Shown here: piece after piece, positions 63,027-64,000 of the stretch
Numbering within the stretch: position 1 is the first letter of the stretch
Layout of the letters: every line of letters begins with the position of its first letter
Origin: Tubulanus polymorphus
Lineage: Eukaryota > Animalia > Nemertea
Assembly: GCF_964204645.1 (NCBI RefSeq)
Contig: NC_134034.1
Location: forward strand, 372,001 to 436,000
Length of the DNA: 64,000 nucleotides
Direction of reading: 5' to 3'
Notes under the pieces: generated by a model
The model's input: only the letters and a program-made list of their open reading frames with translations
What the model was told of the DNA's origin: nothing
The model's database searches: none
Position numbers and translations under genes: made by a program

Positions 63027-63752
63027 GTCAAACTTTCAACACGGTATTCGTGGGGAATGAACCTAAGGTCTGAAGAATCACGTCTACAATTTATCAAAAA
63101 AAGTCGTCCTAAATCTATTTGCAGAAAATCTGGGAATTCCTTTTCACATGAATTTAGAGAATATCATCGCTGCTGATTCCATTCCGGCAGTGCAGGTTTA
63201 GACCTACTGACACTGACCCTGGGGATTGACAGCCTGTCAACGGAATATATCAGGCCCGAGAATGATTCCAGTGCAACCCTAGTGACCCGGGGGGTTCGGA
63301 GAAATTTGAATCACATCTTACGCAGTGTTTGCAACAAAAACTTCAGACAAAATTTACATTTATTTTGTAAAAAAAAGAACAATAAAATCATAATCATTTA
63401 TTTCTACTGTAATGTGATAAAATGTAACTAATAGATTATAACAAAATATCAATTTCAGGACGAAATTTTCGTCCCGACTTCTCTGAGATATAGACGAGTA
63501 TGTCGAGATCTGAAACTCATTAGAGATAAAATCTCAATATGTAAATCAGCTCGTCATTTGCATAAAACAAAATGTAACATAAATAATTCGATATTTGAAT
63601 AATACAAATGTGAATCAACTTTTTGCGATTTCGTTCATTTGTTTCAAGCACTAATACAAACTTTACAATACAATTAAAATTCAAATCAGAATATTAATGA
63701 ATCATGTTTTCTAATGTAGCTGGGTTAATTTCATTGCAAATGAATTTTTCCA

Positions 63753-63854
63753 TCAAGAGTCTGACGTATAATCTTCGTCTGCCGTTGCCTCGCTTTCGAT
63801 CTCAGCCTCGTTATCATCTCCTCCTCTCACGTACTTCCGGTGTTTCGACAGGAC
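63753..63854 (-). CDS. Terminal coding exon of a gene extending beyond the right edge
   Basis: AG acceptor at 63855-63856 after a T-rich tract. Reads VLSKHRKYVRGGDDNEAEIESEATADEDYTSDS*. AT-rich 3' UTR with AATAAA (tttatt at about 63359). Confidence 0.5.
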   Translation of the reverse strand, partial: VLSKHRKYVRGGDDNEAEIESEATADEDYTSDS

Positions 63855-64000
63855 CTTCAATCGACAAAATACGAACGTAATGAATAAAATCAACGATAAA
63901 GAAATTTGAAAAAAAGTTAAAGAAAAACAATAATTTGTGATAGACGTATCCTTAGTGTCAAGGTCATTCGGCAGCAGAATCTTACAAATCGTAAACAGTT

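Overview
Gene-dense, intron-rich animal genomic DNA, probably from a marine invertebrate (a spiralian origin is my inference). Spliced genes I could read: VPS41 (-, complete, 37..10837), a class VI POU gene (+), EF1-beta (+), a GPI-type Ig-superfamily protein (-), a penta-EF-hand protein (-) with a U12 intron, MOB4 (+), UBE3D (-) head-to-head with an HCN-like channel (+), an intronless rhodopsin-class GPCR (-), and the last exon of a gene entering from the right edge. Introns are full of minisatellites and MITEs. The most notable observations are: (1) five box C/D snoRNA genes in one EF1-beta intron, four aimed at the 18S Um1442-equivalent and one shifted 2 nt to the Cm1440-equivalent; (2) an intronless TATA-driven 104-aa gene nested antisense in a VPS41 intron; (3) repeated tandem duplication of splice junctions, leaving decoy splice sites of which only one is productive; (4) a composite element of minisatellite, tRNA-like Pol III head and TTAGGG tail; (5) paired POU6-type binding sites upstream of the POU6 gene. 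Exon boundaries were read by eye, and family assignments come from recalled sequence similarity, not database searches.
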